Below are positions 46,037-55,236 of a DNA stretch of 64,000 bases, one piece after another. The stretch spans positions 1 through 64,000 of IMG/VR virus record IMGVR_UViG_3300017911_002159; one strand, given 5' to 3'. The position numbers were made by a program, and so were the translations under genes. The stretch is from a virus (Duplodnaviria; Caudoviricetes). The notes under the pieces were generated by a model, which saw nothing but the letters and a program-made list of their open reading frames with translations, did no database searches and was not told the DNA's origin. Position 1 is the stretch's first letter, and each line of letters starts with the position of its first letter.

Positions 46037-48070
46037 ATGGCATTTTTAGTCAGTCCGGGAATTCAGGTCAGAGAATTTGACCTTACCACCGTAGTCCCTG
46101 CAGTAGCCACCACGGAAGGTGCTATTGCCGGTGTTTTTCAATGGGGACCAGTAGAACAGAGAGTTTTAGTAAGCAGTGAAAAAAATCTTGCAAGCCGTTT
46201 TGGTGAGCCAACAGCAGATAACTTTGAAACATTCTTTACCGCTGCTTCTTTCCTAGCATATGGCAACCAGCTTTACGTTTCTAGAGCAGTTGATTCCACA
46301 GCATTTAATGCAACGGCAAACGTAGGTGTTGTTGCAAATACTTTAGTAAGAAATGATGATCACTACGAGTCTCTTACTTTTGGTGACTCAGATCTTCTGT
46401 ACATTGCAAAGTATCCGGGTTCGTTGGGCAACAGTCTTCAGATTTCTGTTTGTGATTCTGCAGATGCTTATTCCAACAACCACACTAATGATGATTCCGA
46501 TACTACAGTTGCACTTAAGTTTACTACAGGCGCTAATACAGCTAACCTTGATATTATCAACAATGTTGACGGTTTTGCTACCGCCAACACTGAAATGAAT
46601 ACTATTAGAGGTAAACTGAATGTAGGCGATCTTCTTGAGATTGGCAACACAACCTTAGGCACTCAATTTATCAGAATCACTGAAATTGGATCTGCTTCCA
46701 GAATTGGATCGTCCAACACTTACACTGCTACAATCAAGCTTTCTGAAAAAATGTCTCTGATTTCAGACATTACGATGGATACAGTCAAGAGAAGATGGGG
46801 CTTCTTTAACCTCTTTGATTCTGCACCGGGTACTTCTGACTATGTTGCTGACAGACACTCTGGTGGTGAAGGTGCTAGGGATGAAGTTCACGTAGTTGTT
46901 TTAGACGAAGATGGCGATATCACTGGCCAGAAGAGAACAGTTCTTGAAACATTCTCGAACCTTTCTAGAGCTACTGATGCTAAGACTCCTGATGGTTCTG
47001 CCAACTACTACAAAACAGTCTTAAACACTTCTTCCGATTGGGTTTGGTGGGCTAATGATAGATCTGGAGCAGCTTCGGCTACGGCAGCTAACATTTCTGC
47101 TTCAACAAATGAAGATCCACTTTATCAGTCGTTTACACAAGGTGCGGGTGAAGGTGACGAAAGCACAGTTTCTTTAGGTGCACTTCAAACAGCATCTGAT
47201 TTGTTTGCTGATCCTGAAAAGGTAGATATTTCTATCTTTATGCAAGGTAAAGCTAGAGGTGGTACTAACGGCACGGCTTATGCTAACTACCTCATCGACA
47301 ATGTTGCTGAAAAGAGACTTGACACAGTTGTAACTATCTCTCCTGAAAGAGCCGATGTTGTAGGCAACAGGATCAATCCTGCGGATGATATTGTTACTTT
47401 TAGAAATAGTCTAAGATCTTCGTCTTACGGTATTTGTGATACCGGCTATAAGTACATGTATGACAAGTACAATGATGTGTTTAGATATGTTCCTCTCAAC
47501 GGTGATATTGCTGGCCTGATGGTCAGAACTGATAACCAGAGAGATCCTTGGTATTCGCCAGCAGGTTTCAATCGTGGTGAACTTAAAAACGTTGTGAGAT
47601 TAGCCTTTAATCCAAATCAGGCGGAAAGAGATGTACTTTACAGAGCAGATGTAAACCCTGTAGCTACTTTCAGAAATCAGGGCAACATTCTGTTTGGCGA
47701 CAAAACACTTCTGGGCAGACCTTCTGCATTCAGCAGAATCAATGTTAGAAGATTGTTTATTGTACTTGAAAAGGCAATTTCTACCGCCGCCAAGTTTACT
47801 CTGTTCGAACTGAATGATGAATTCACTAGAGCACAGTTTGTATCTCTGGTTGAACCGTTCTTAAGAACTGTAAAAGGCCGTAGAGGTATTACAGACTTTA
47901 GAGTAGTTTGTGACGAATCCAATAACACTGCAGAGATTATCGACAGAAATGAATTTGTCGGTGACATCTACATCAAACCTGCAAGATCTATTAACTTTAT
48001 CCGACTCAACTTTGTGGCTGTCAGAACAGGTGTGGCATTTGAAGAGATCGTCGGAAGATTTGGAGGATAA
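46037..48070 (+). CDS. gp18: Tail sheath gp18
   Basis: SPG..V.E.DLT, F.WGP, PWYSPAG.NRG, FGDKT, RINVRRLF, IKPARSINFI.LNF. Confidence 0.98.
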   Translation: MAFLVSPGIQVREFDLTTVVPAVATTEGAIAGVFQWGPVEQRVLVSSEKNLASRFGEPTADNFETFFTAASFLAYGNQLYVSRAVDSTAFNATANVGVVANTLVRNDDHYESLTFGDSDLLYIAKYPGSLGNSLQISVCDSADAYSNNHTNDDSDTTVALKFTTGANTANLDIINNVDGFATANTEMNTIRGKLNVGDLLEIGNTTLGTQFIRITEIGSASRIGSSNTYTATIKLSEKMSLISDITMDTVKRRWGFFNLFDSAPGTSDYVADRHSGGEGARDEVHVVVLDEDGDITGQKRTVLETFSNLSRATDAKTPDGSANYYKTVLNTSSDWVWWANDRSGAASATAANISASTNEDPLYQSFTQGAGEGDESTVSLGALQTASDLFADPEKVDISIFMQGKARGGTNGTAYANYLIDNVAEKRLDTVVTISPERADVVGNRINPADDIVTFRNSLRSSSYGICDTGYKYMYDKYNDVFRYVPLNGDIAGLMVRTDNQRDPWYSPAGFNRGELKNVVRLAFNPNQAERDVLYRADVNPVATFRNQGNILFGDKTLLGRPSAFSRINVRRLFIVLEKAISTAAKFTLFELNDEFTRAQFVSLVEPFLRTVKGRRGITDFRVVCDESNNTAEIIDRNEFVGDIYIKPARSINFIRLNFVAVRTGVAFEEIVGRFGG

Positions 48071-48075
48071 GATAA

Positions 48076-48672
48076 ATGACATTTAACATCAACGCTTTTA
48101 GAGAAGAGTTGGAATTTGGAGGTGCAAGAGCCTCCTTATTCTCCATCGAACTTCAAAATCCGGTGGATGGCCGTGGCGATGATAAAATTAGGTTTATGGC
48201 TAGATCTACAGCTATTCCTACCTCGTCTATTGGTTTCAGCGAGATCCCTTACTTTGGCAGAACTATCAAAGTTGCTGGTCAAAGAAGATATGATGACTGG
48301 CTTATCACAGTGATCAACGATGAAGATTTCGTTGTAAGACATGCACTTGAAGCTTGGCACAACTCTTTGAATTCACATGAACCAAACATTAGAGATGCTA
48401 ATTACGAGAGACCAGAGTCTTATAAAAGAGATGGTTCTGTAATTCAGTACTCCAAGTCTGGTGAAATTCTTAGAAAGTATAAGTTTGTAGGCTGTTTTCC
48501 GTCTGACATCACAGCGATTGGCTTAGATTGGGCGCAGTCTGATGTAATTGAAGAATTTCAGGTAAACTTTAAATACGATTATTGGTTACTTGATGAGCAA
48601 GTTAGTGCTAGAACAAATGTAAATACACCCGGCAATGAAGGTGAATTTGTAGCCGAAGGCAGAGCACTCTAA
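48076..48672 (+). CDS. gp19: Tail tube gp19
   Basis: GGAR..LF, P.S.IG..E.PYFGR..K.AG.R....W..TVINDEDF, IEEF.V.F.YDYW. Confidence 0.95.
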   Translation: MTFNINAFREELEFGGARASLFSIELQNPVDGRGDDKIRFMARSTAIPTSSIGFSEIPYFGRTIKVAGQRRYDDWLITVINDEDFVVRHALEAWHNSLNSHEPNIRDANYERPESYKRDGSVIQYSKSGEILRKYKFVGCFPSDITAIGLDWAQSDVIEEFQVNFKYDYWLLDEQVSARTNVNTPGNEGEFVAEGRAL

Positions 48673-48688
48673 CTTAAGGTATTAAATA

Positions 48689-50215
48689 GTGGAAATTTTT
48701 GGTTTCAAAATTGAACGTCTCCAACAAAACGGAGACGATAAAACTATCAAGACGTTTACTCAGCCGGAGTTTGATGATGGCGCAGTCACCATCAGCACCG
48801 GCGGGGTATACGGTACTTATGTGGACCTTGACGGTTCCGTAAGAAATGATGTTGAGCTAATCAATAAGTACAGAGAAATGATCATGCAGCCAGAAGTTGA
48901 GGTGGCTGTTGATGATATTATTAATGAGGTTATCAATCCTGATGAGGCTGGTGATACTCTAAGAATTTCTTTGGATAAAGTAAATTTATCAGAACAAGTA
49001 AAAAATATCATCTATGCTGAGTTTGAACAGATTGTTGATCTTTTAGAGTTTCGTGAGAAATCCTATGAGATTTTTAGAAAATGGTACGTTGATGGCAGAT
49101 TGTATTTTCACGTTGTTATTGATGAAAAAAGACCGGAGCTAGGCATTCAAGAGCTTCGTTACGTGGACCCTAGAAAAATTAAAAGGGTTGTTGAGTTTCA
49201 AGAGAAACGTGACGAAAAAACAAATCACTCTGAAAAAAGAATTAAGAACGAGTACTACGTTTATAGCAATGAGGGGTTTGTTGGTAGTAATGTATCGGCT
49301 ACTCCACAAACTGCATCTACAATTAAAATCTCTCCAGATTCCATTGTATATTGTGACTCCGGTATTATGGACAGGGCCAACAAAATGGTGCTGTCTCATC
49401 TTCATAAAGCTATCAAGCCTGTAAATCAGCTTAGAGCTTTGGAAGATGCTGCTGTCATTTATAGACTTGCTAGAGCACCAGAAAGAAGAATCTTCTACAT
49501 CGACGTTGGTAACCTTCCTAAGATGAAGGCAGAACAATATCTCCGTGATATGATGCAGAAGCATAAGAACAAACTGGTTTACGATGCATCCTCTGGTGAG
49601 ATCAGAGATGATCGTAAGTTTATGACTATGCTTGAAGACTACTGGTTGCCTAGAAGAGAGGGTGGCCGTGGTACGGAGATTGGTACTCTTCCCGGCGGCA
49701 ATAACCTTGGCCAGATGGAAGATATTCTTTATTTCCAAAAGAAACTTTACAGAGCACTTAATGTTCCTGTTTCGAGAATGGAAGCTGAAGTGTCTTATAC
49801 ACTTGGTAGAGCTTCTGAAATCAATAGGGATGAAGTTAAGTTTCATAAGTTCGTAAAGAGATTAAGAGTTAAGTTCAATGAGTTCATTTACAGATGTCTT
49901 AAGACCCAATTGGTTTTAAAGGGCATTATGAACATCTCTGAATTTGAGGCTATCAAAAAACAAGTTCTTGTCAGATACAACGAAAACAATTTCTACACTG
50001 AACTTAAAGAGAACGAAATTCTCCGTGAGAGAATGATGACTATGCAGCAAGCAGAGCAGTACAACGGTAAATACTTCTCTTCTGACTACATCAAAAGACA
50101 TATTCTTAAGCAATCCAATGCTGAGATTGAAAGAATTGCTCTTCAGAACATGCAAGAAATGTCTCAAATGCAGCAAGCAAGACAAAAAAACATGTATGAA
50201 GAAGATGATAAATAA
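48689..50215 (+). CDS. gp20: Portal protein gp20
   Basis: WYVDGR, YRLARAPERRIFYIDVGNLPK.KAEQY, EDYWLPRREGGRGTEI. Confidence 0.98.
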   Translation: MEIFGFKIERLQQNGDDKTIKTFTQPEFDDGAVTISTGGVYGTYVDLDGSVRNDVELINKYREMIMQPEVEVAVDDIINEVINPDEAGDTLRISLDKVNLSEQVKNIIYAEFEQIVDLLEFREKSYEIFRKWYVDGRLYFHVVIDEKRPELGIQELRYVDPRKIKRVVEFQEKRDEKTNHSEKRIKNEYYVYSNEGFVGSNVSATPQTASTIKISPDSIVYCDSGIMDRANKMVLSHLHKAIKPVNQLRALEDAAVIYRLARAPERRIFYIDVGNLPKMKAEQYLRDMMQKHKNKLVYDASSGEIRDDRKFMTMLEDYWLPRREGGRGTEIGTLPGGNNLGQMEDILYFQKKLYRALNVPVSRMEAEVSYTLGRASEINRDEVKFHKFVKRLRVKFNEFIYRCLKTQLVLKGIMNISEFEAIKKQVLVRYNENNFYTELKENEILRERMMTMQQAEQYNGKYFSSDYIKRHILKQSNAEIERIALQNMQEMSQMQQARQKNMYEEDDK

Positions 50216-50235
50216 AGGAAACAAAGGAGATAGTC

Positions 50236-50643
50236 ATGTCTAGAGTAAAAAATATTATTCATGCCATTGCTGAAGACAACCTTGGTGATGCTATGGAGAC
50301 CTTTAAGTCTGTCATGGCTTCTAAACTCATGGAAAAAATTGAAGACCGTAAGGTTGAGGTTCAAAGAGAAATTTCTGAGTCATACCCAGAAATTTTTGAT
50401 TCCAAGTCTGATGAAGAAGCTGTTGACGATCACACCGTAGAAATCTCTGAGCCTGTTCCAAATATGGATATGGACGTTGCTGTTGAGCCAGAAGGTGGTC
50501 ACAGAGAAGCAGACTACGATGGTACTGAAGACGAAGAAGTTTACGAAGAAGAAGAACCAAAACCAGACTTTTTAGATTTAGATAAAGATGGTGATAAAGA
50601 AGAACCTATGAGTCAAGCTGCTGCAGACGCAGAAGAAGAATAA
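50236..50643 (+). CDS. gp67: Prohead core protein (gp67-like) with acidic extension
   Basis: II.AI...NL..A...F...M..K....IE..K pattern directly after the portal; KPDFLDLDKDGDKEEPM EF-hand-like motif. Confidence 0.65.
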   Translation: MSRVKNIIHAIAEDNLGDAMETFKSVMASKLMEKIEDRKVEVQREISESYPEIFDSKSDEEAVDDHTVEISEPVPNMDMDVAVEPEGGHREADYDGTEDEEVYEEEEPKPDFLDLDKDGDKEEPMSQAAADAEEE

Positions 50644-50652
50644 GAGGTTAAA

Positions 50653-52035
50653 ATGGCTGATTTTAAAGACACTTCATATTACAAAGAGGGTTCCATTAAA
50701 GGTGATGGTAAACTAGCTTCAGGCTACCGAGTTGTTGGCTCTTGGGCTGGCAACCAAAGGGGTGTTGTTTCTGGTGATATCTACGACTCTAAATTCGGTC
50801 CCGGAACTTCATCAGTTCCAGTTTTTGCTAAAACTAGCGCTGTACTTGCTTTAAATAAATTAAACATCAACAATGAAGAAAAATGGCAAATTACAATTGG
50901 TAAAGTGCCGTCAAAAAATTTCTCAGGCGGTAACTCTACATATGCACCAGAATTGATTAATGGTGATGGATTTATTTTTAGGTTCAGAATCAAAGATTAT
51001 AATTACACTGTTGGTGATAGTGATGAACTTTTACGTGGTTTGATCGAAGCAGGCTTTAACAAAATTAATATGGGTCTGAAAGGTACTGACAAAGTTGTAT
51101 ATGCAGCACGTGCAGGAACTGGTCTTTATCTTTCTGGCACTTCCGTTGAAGCTTCTAAAGAATCTCACCCGGTTTACAGACTGCATAAAATGGTAATCGG
51201 TGGTAAGTACATGCTTATTCATTCCGATGCTATGAAAAAGCTTCCAATCTCTCCAAAAAGGTATTTTACAAATTTCAAAACTTTAGTTCATAGAGCACCA
51301 TACTTGGCTGGTCCATTACAGCAAAAACTTTTCTACGTTGACAGACAAGATGAAATCTACGGCGATAATTCCGGTAGAGAACCTGTAAGAGGTATGGGTA
51401 TTAGTGTTGCTGCACTTTCTAGTCTTATTGATGATTACTTAGCTGATAGACTTGACGACGAAAGAATTGATAATTTTAGCCCACGTTTAGTTGAGATTTT
51501 GCAAAAGTATGGTGTGATGGGTTATCAGGAGCCTACGCCACAACCAACTATTCCAGATTCTGGAGATGATACTGGTGGCTTTGGAACCGGCACAATCGGT
51601 GACGATATTACACAGGCTGGTGACGAAATTCAAAAAAATATGAATGTTGTTCAAAGATTTATTAATCTGTTCAACAGTACAATTGGAATGGGTACTCAAC
51701 TCAAAAACATTTGGAATACTGTTACTGCTGCTCTGATTGCAAAGCAAGGTGCAGGATTTTTAGGTCTGACTACTTTAGGTGCAGGCTTATCAATTTCAGC
51801 ACTTGTTGCCTTAGGTATTGGTGGCCAATTTGCTTTTAGAAAATATCTGAAAAACAGAAAGAATCTTAGACAAGCAAGAGAAGCTTCTAGAGACAGGCAG
51901 CTTATGAGAGAACTTGGTATTGCAACTGAACCTCTCAAGAAAAATGCTTCCGATGAAGAACTTCAGGCTCTTATTCGTGAACTTGAAAGACAGGAGTCTA
52001 GAGATCCACAAACAAGAAAGTTGTACGACCTATGA
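50653..52035 (+). CDS. Unknown 460-aa protein in the prohead-core operon, with a C-terminal hydrophobic hairpin
   Basis: Occupies the gp68 slot; globular N-domain, Pro linker, then GAGFLGLTTLGAGLSISALVALGIGG and a basic helix. Confidence 0.8.
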   Translation: MADFKDTSYYKEGSIKGDGKLASGYRVVGSWAGNQRGVVSGDIYDSKFGPGTSSVPVFAKTSAVLALNKLNINNEEKWQITIGKVPSKNFSGGNSTYAPELINGDGFIFRFRIKDYNYTVGDSDELLRGLIEAGFNKINMGLKGTDKVVYAARAGTGLYLSGTSVEASKESHPVYRLHKMVIGGKYMLIHSDAMKKLPISPKRYFTNFKTLVHRAPYLAGPLQQKLFYVDRQDEIYGDNSGREPVRGMGISVAALSSLIDDYLADRLDDERIDNFSPRLVEILQKYGVMGYQEPTPQPTIPDSGDDTGGFGTGTIGDDITQAGDEIQKNMNVVQRFINLFNSTIGMGTQLKNIWNTVTAALIAKQGAGFLGLTTLGAGLSISALVALGIGGQFAFRKYLKNRKNLRQAREASRDRQLMRELGIATEPLKKNASDEELQALIRELERQESRDPQTRKLYDL

Positions 52036-52688
52036 AGTTAATCACCGAATTAAATGAACAAGTTTCTTTTCTTAAAGAAAACAAAACAGGCAAGCCAGAA
52101 TATTTTTTAGAAGGCATTTTTATTCAAGGTGAGAAAAAGAATAAAAATGGAAGGGTCTATCCTATTGAAATTCTTCAAAAAGAAGTTGCCAAATATAAAG
52201 ATGAACTCGTTTCTAAAAAGAGAGCATTTGGTGAGTTGGGTCACCCTGATGGTCCTACTATTAATTTGGATAGAGTTTCACACATGATTGTGGAAATCGA
52301 ACAGGACGGCAACAACTTTATTGGTTCTGCAAAAATTCTTGATACTCCTAACGGTAAGATTGTTAAGGCTCTTATTGATGAGGGTGCAACACTTGGTGTC
52401 TCAACAAGAGGCATGGGTTCTTTGAAATCACGTGGTGAGTTTCAAGAAGTTCAAGATGATTTTTCTTTAGCTACAGCAGCAGATATTGTGGCAGATCCTT
52501 CTGCTCCTGATGCTTTTGTTAATGGTATTATGGAAGGTGTTGAGTGGGTTTGGCATAATGGTGTTTTAAAGGCTTCTGCTATTGAGAACTACCGAGATAT
52601 CATTGAAGAAAAATCAAGTTCGAGAGAGCTTACACAAGAAGCTAAACTATCTCTTTTCGAAGATTTCCTCAAAAAGTTATCTAAATAA
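52032..52688 (+). CDS. gp21: Prohead protease gp21
   Basis: MKLITE, N.NGR.YP, GELGHP, INLDRVSH, GVSTRGMGSL, DIVADPSAPDAFV. Confidence 0.97.
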   Translation: MKLITELNEQVSFLKENKTGKPEYFLEGIFIQGEKKNKNGRVYPIEILQKEVAKYKDELVSKKRAFGELGHPDGPTINLDRVSHMIVEIEQDGNNFIGSAKILDTPNGKIVKALIDEGATLGVSTRGMGSLKSRGEFQEVQDDFSLATAADIVADPSAPDAFVNGIMEGVEWVWHNGVLKASAIENYRDIIEEKSSSRELTQEAKLSLFEDFLKKLSK

Positions 52689-52714
52689 ATATACTCAATA
52701 AAGGAGTTTTAAAA

Positions 52715-53788
52715 ATGGCACGAAGAAAAAAAGTTGTTGAATCAACAAATATTCCTCCAGTAGAGGAACCAACACCGGATCTGTCCTCTTCTCGGGTTGT
52801 GGCTGTACAAACGCCATCTAAGAGACCGCAGGATCAGGATCAGGGTGAAGGCATGTCTAGAGCTGAAAAGAACTCTGCAGTTATTAATGCAGTTCTTACA
52901 GCAGATGATGCAAAAGTAAACCAGATCTTAGCTACAGTTGCTGAACCTGCGCCAGAAGCTACAGAGGCGAAGCCTGAAGATAAGAACGAAGAAATTCCAG
53001 ATGAGTCGGCTGCAGTAAACCAGTCCACCATCATGGCTAAAGAAGCTGTTGATACTATTTTTGCGGGTGAACAGCTTTCCGAAGAAATTATGCATAAGGC
53101 GGCTGCTATTTTTGAAGCTACCATCAAACAAAAGATGGAAGAAGTAGAAGACGAAATTATTGCAGAACTTTCTGAAGATTTTGATTATCAGTTCAATCAA
53201 GAAGTAGAAGCATTAACCGAGTCCGTTGACAATTTCCTTAACGATTCTGTTCAAGAATACATGATCGAAAATAAGCTTGTCCTTGATAACGGCATCAAGG
53301 GTGACCTCTACGAAAGCATGATTACCGACATTTCTAAAGTGATCAAGTCTTACAACATTGCAATTGATGACACACAAGTTGAAATGGTCCAAGAGGCTTA
53401 TGGTGAAGTAGATGAGCTTAAGGAAAAGTTAAACGAACAAATCAAAAAGAACATGAACCAGAGATCCCACATCAACGAGCTTGAGAAGGCTCTGGTTTTT
53501 GAAGCAATTTCTGTTGATCTCTCTCTTATGCAAAGAGAAAAACTTAAGAGACTGGCAGAAAATGTTGATGCTGAAAATGCAAATGAACTGAATAACAAGT
53601 TAGTAGCATTAAAAGAAACTTTTATTGGCAATGAGTTTGACACAGCATCTGTACTTAAAGAAGCAAGATCTTCTGATGCATTTTATATGGATGAACAAGT
53701 TGAAGTTGAGCAAAATGATAAATACATCGACGGAAACATTAAAAAATACGTTGATGCAGTTTCAAATCATGTTAAAAAAACAAAGTAA
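52715..53788 (+). CDS. gp22: Prohead scaffold gp22
   Basis: LSEE...KAA.IFEA, EN.L....GIK....E, acidic coiled coil; between gp21 and gp23. Confidence 0.88.
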   Translation: MARRKKVVESTNIPPVEEPTPDLSSSRVVAVQTPSKRPQDQDQGEGMSRAEKNSAVINAVLTADDAKVNQILATVAEPAPEATEAKPEDKNEEIPDESAAVNQSTIMAKEAVDTIFAGEQLSEEIMHKAAAIFEATIKQKMEEVEDEIIAELSEDFDYQFNQEVEALTESVDNFLNDSVQEYMIENKLVLDNGIKGDLYESMITDISKVIKSYNIAIDDTQVEMVQEAYGEVDELKEKLNEQIKKNMNQRSHINELEKALVFEAISVDLSLMQREKLKRLAENVDAENANELNNKLVALKETFIGNEFDTASVLKEARSSDAFYMDEQVEVEQNDKYIDGNIKKYVDAVSNHVKKTK

Positions 53789-53800
53789 TAGGAGTTACAA

Positions 53801-55150
53801 ATGAGCTTACAAGAACATGTTGTAAATAAGTGGTCTCCTCTGCTTGATCATCCAGATCTTCCAGAGATTGAAACCGGCCACAAGAGAAGTGTCACAGCAC
53901 AACTTCTCGAAAATACCGAGAGATCCCTGATGGAGCAAGCAGGTTTTGCACCACAGTCTCTCTTAGAAGCTGCCCCTGCCAACGCTATGGGTTCTTCTTC
54001 GTCTGTTGCTGGCGACGGTAACGTAGACATCTTCGATCCAGTACTTATTTCTCTGGTTCGTCGTTCCATGCCTAACCTCGTTGCTTACGACATTTGTGGC
54101 GTACAGCCAATGACTGGTCCTACAGGTCTGATCTTTGCTATGAGATCCAGATTTGATTCTCAGACTGGCGATGAGGCTCTGTACAACGAAGCAAACACTG
54201 GTTTCTCTTCGAACCCAATTGCTGCTCACGACAACGCTGTTGACGGTAACGCTGGCCAAAACCTTGGTGACCTTCCAACAGGTGAGTCGAACACTTACAA
54301 CTTCCAAGCTGGTATGTCTACTGCTGATGCTGAAGCACTCGGCGGTAACACCACCTACTCGATTCCAGAAATGGCATTCAGCATTGAGAAAGTGTCTGTG
54401 ACTGCTAAGTCCCGTGCACTGAAAGCTGAATACACAATGGAACTGGCACAAGACCTTAAGGCAATTCATGGTCTGGACGCTGAAACTGAGCTTGCAAATA
54501 TTCTGCAGGCTGAGATTCTGGCTGAAATCAACCGTGAAGTTGTCAGAACTATTAACCTGACCGCTGTTTCTGGTGCACAGAACAACGTTGCATCGTCCGG
54601 TACTTTCGACATGGACGTTGACTCCAACGGTCGTTGGATGGTTGAGAAGTTCAAGGGTCTGATGTTCCAGATCGAACGTGAAGCTAACAAGATTGCAAAA
54701 GACACCCGCCGTGGTAAGGGCAACATTCTGCTCTGTTCGTCGGACGTAGCTTCTGCTCTGCAAATGGCTGGTGTTCTGGACTACGCTCCTGCTCTGAACT
54801 CCAACAACCTTCAGGTTGACGACACAGGCCAGACTTTTGCTGGTGTCCTGAATGGTCGTATCAGAGTATACATCGATCCATACTTCACTGGCTCCGGTGC
54901 AAACCAGTACATGACCGTAGGCTACAAGGGTGCTAATGCCTTTGATGCTGGTCTGTTCTACTGCCCATACGTGCCACTGCAGATGGTAAGAGCAGTTGGT
55001 GAGAATAGCTTCCAGCCAAAGATCGGCTTCAAAACCCGTTACGGTATGGTTGCTAACCCATTTGCTGAAGGTGCTACCGCTGGTTCTGGTGCACTGACAC
55101 AAAACACCAACAAGTACTACAGAAGAGTAACTGTTGCTAACTTGATGTAA
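53801..55150 (+). CDS. gp23: Major capsid protein gp23
   Basis: DPVLISLVRR.MPNL.AYDICGVQPMTGPTGLIFAMR, SRALKAEY..ELAQDLKAIHGLDAE, FQPKIGFKTRYG. Confidence 0.99.
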   Translation: MSLQEHVVNKWSPLLDHPDLPEIETGHKRSVTAQLLENTERSLMEQAGFAPQSLLEAAPANAMGSSSSVAGDGNVDIFDPVLISLVRRSMPNLVAYDICGVQPMTGPTGLIFAMRSRFDSQTGDEALYNEANTGFSSNPIAAHDNAVDGNAGQNLGDLPTGESNTYNFQAGMSTADAEALGGNTTYSIPEMAFSIEKVSVTAKSRALKAEYTMELAQDLKAIHGLDAETELANILQAEILAEINREVVRTINLTAVSGAQNNVASSGTFDMDVDSNGRWMVEKFKGLMFQIEREANKIAKDTRRGKGNILLCSSDVASALQMAGVLDYAPALNSNNLQVDDTGQTFAGVLNGRIRVYIDPYFTGSGANQYMTVGYKGANAFDAGLFYCPYVPLQMVRAVGENSFQPKIGFKTRYGMVANPFAEGATAGSGALTQNTNKYYRRVTVANLM

Positions 55151-55176
55151 ACGAAACTGCACAAATACATTATGAT

Positions 55177-55203
55177 AAAAGGGGGCTTCGGCCCCCTTTT
55201 TTT
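55177..55203 (+). terminator. Intrinsic terminator with cUUCGg tetraloop after gp23
   Basis: AAAA-GGGGGC-TTCG-GCCCCC-TTTTTTT. Confidence 0.93.
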
Positions 55204-55204
55204 A

Positions 55205-55212
55205 TATAAATA
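55205..55212 (+). promoter_or_regulatory. T4-type late promoter TATAAATA
   Basis: Exact consensus right after the terminator, 24 nt before the ATG at 55237. Confidence 0.85.
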
Positions 55213-55236
55213 GTCATAGATAATGCTGGAGGTCTT

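Noticed and set aside
49139-49846. 235-aa antisense ORF in the portal gene, and the many other 60-150 aa antisense ORFs in structural genes
   Set aside because: Shadow ORFs fully inside well-supported genes, with no start signals
53963-55162. 399-aa antisense ORF opposite gp23
   Set aside because: In-register shadow of a highly codon-biased gene that avoids TTA/CTA/TCA; no SD, promoter or protein-like features
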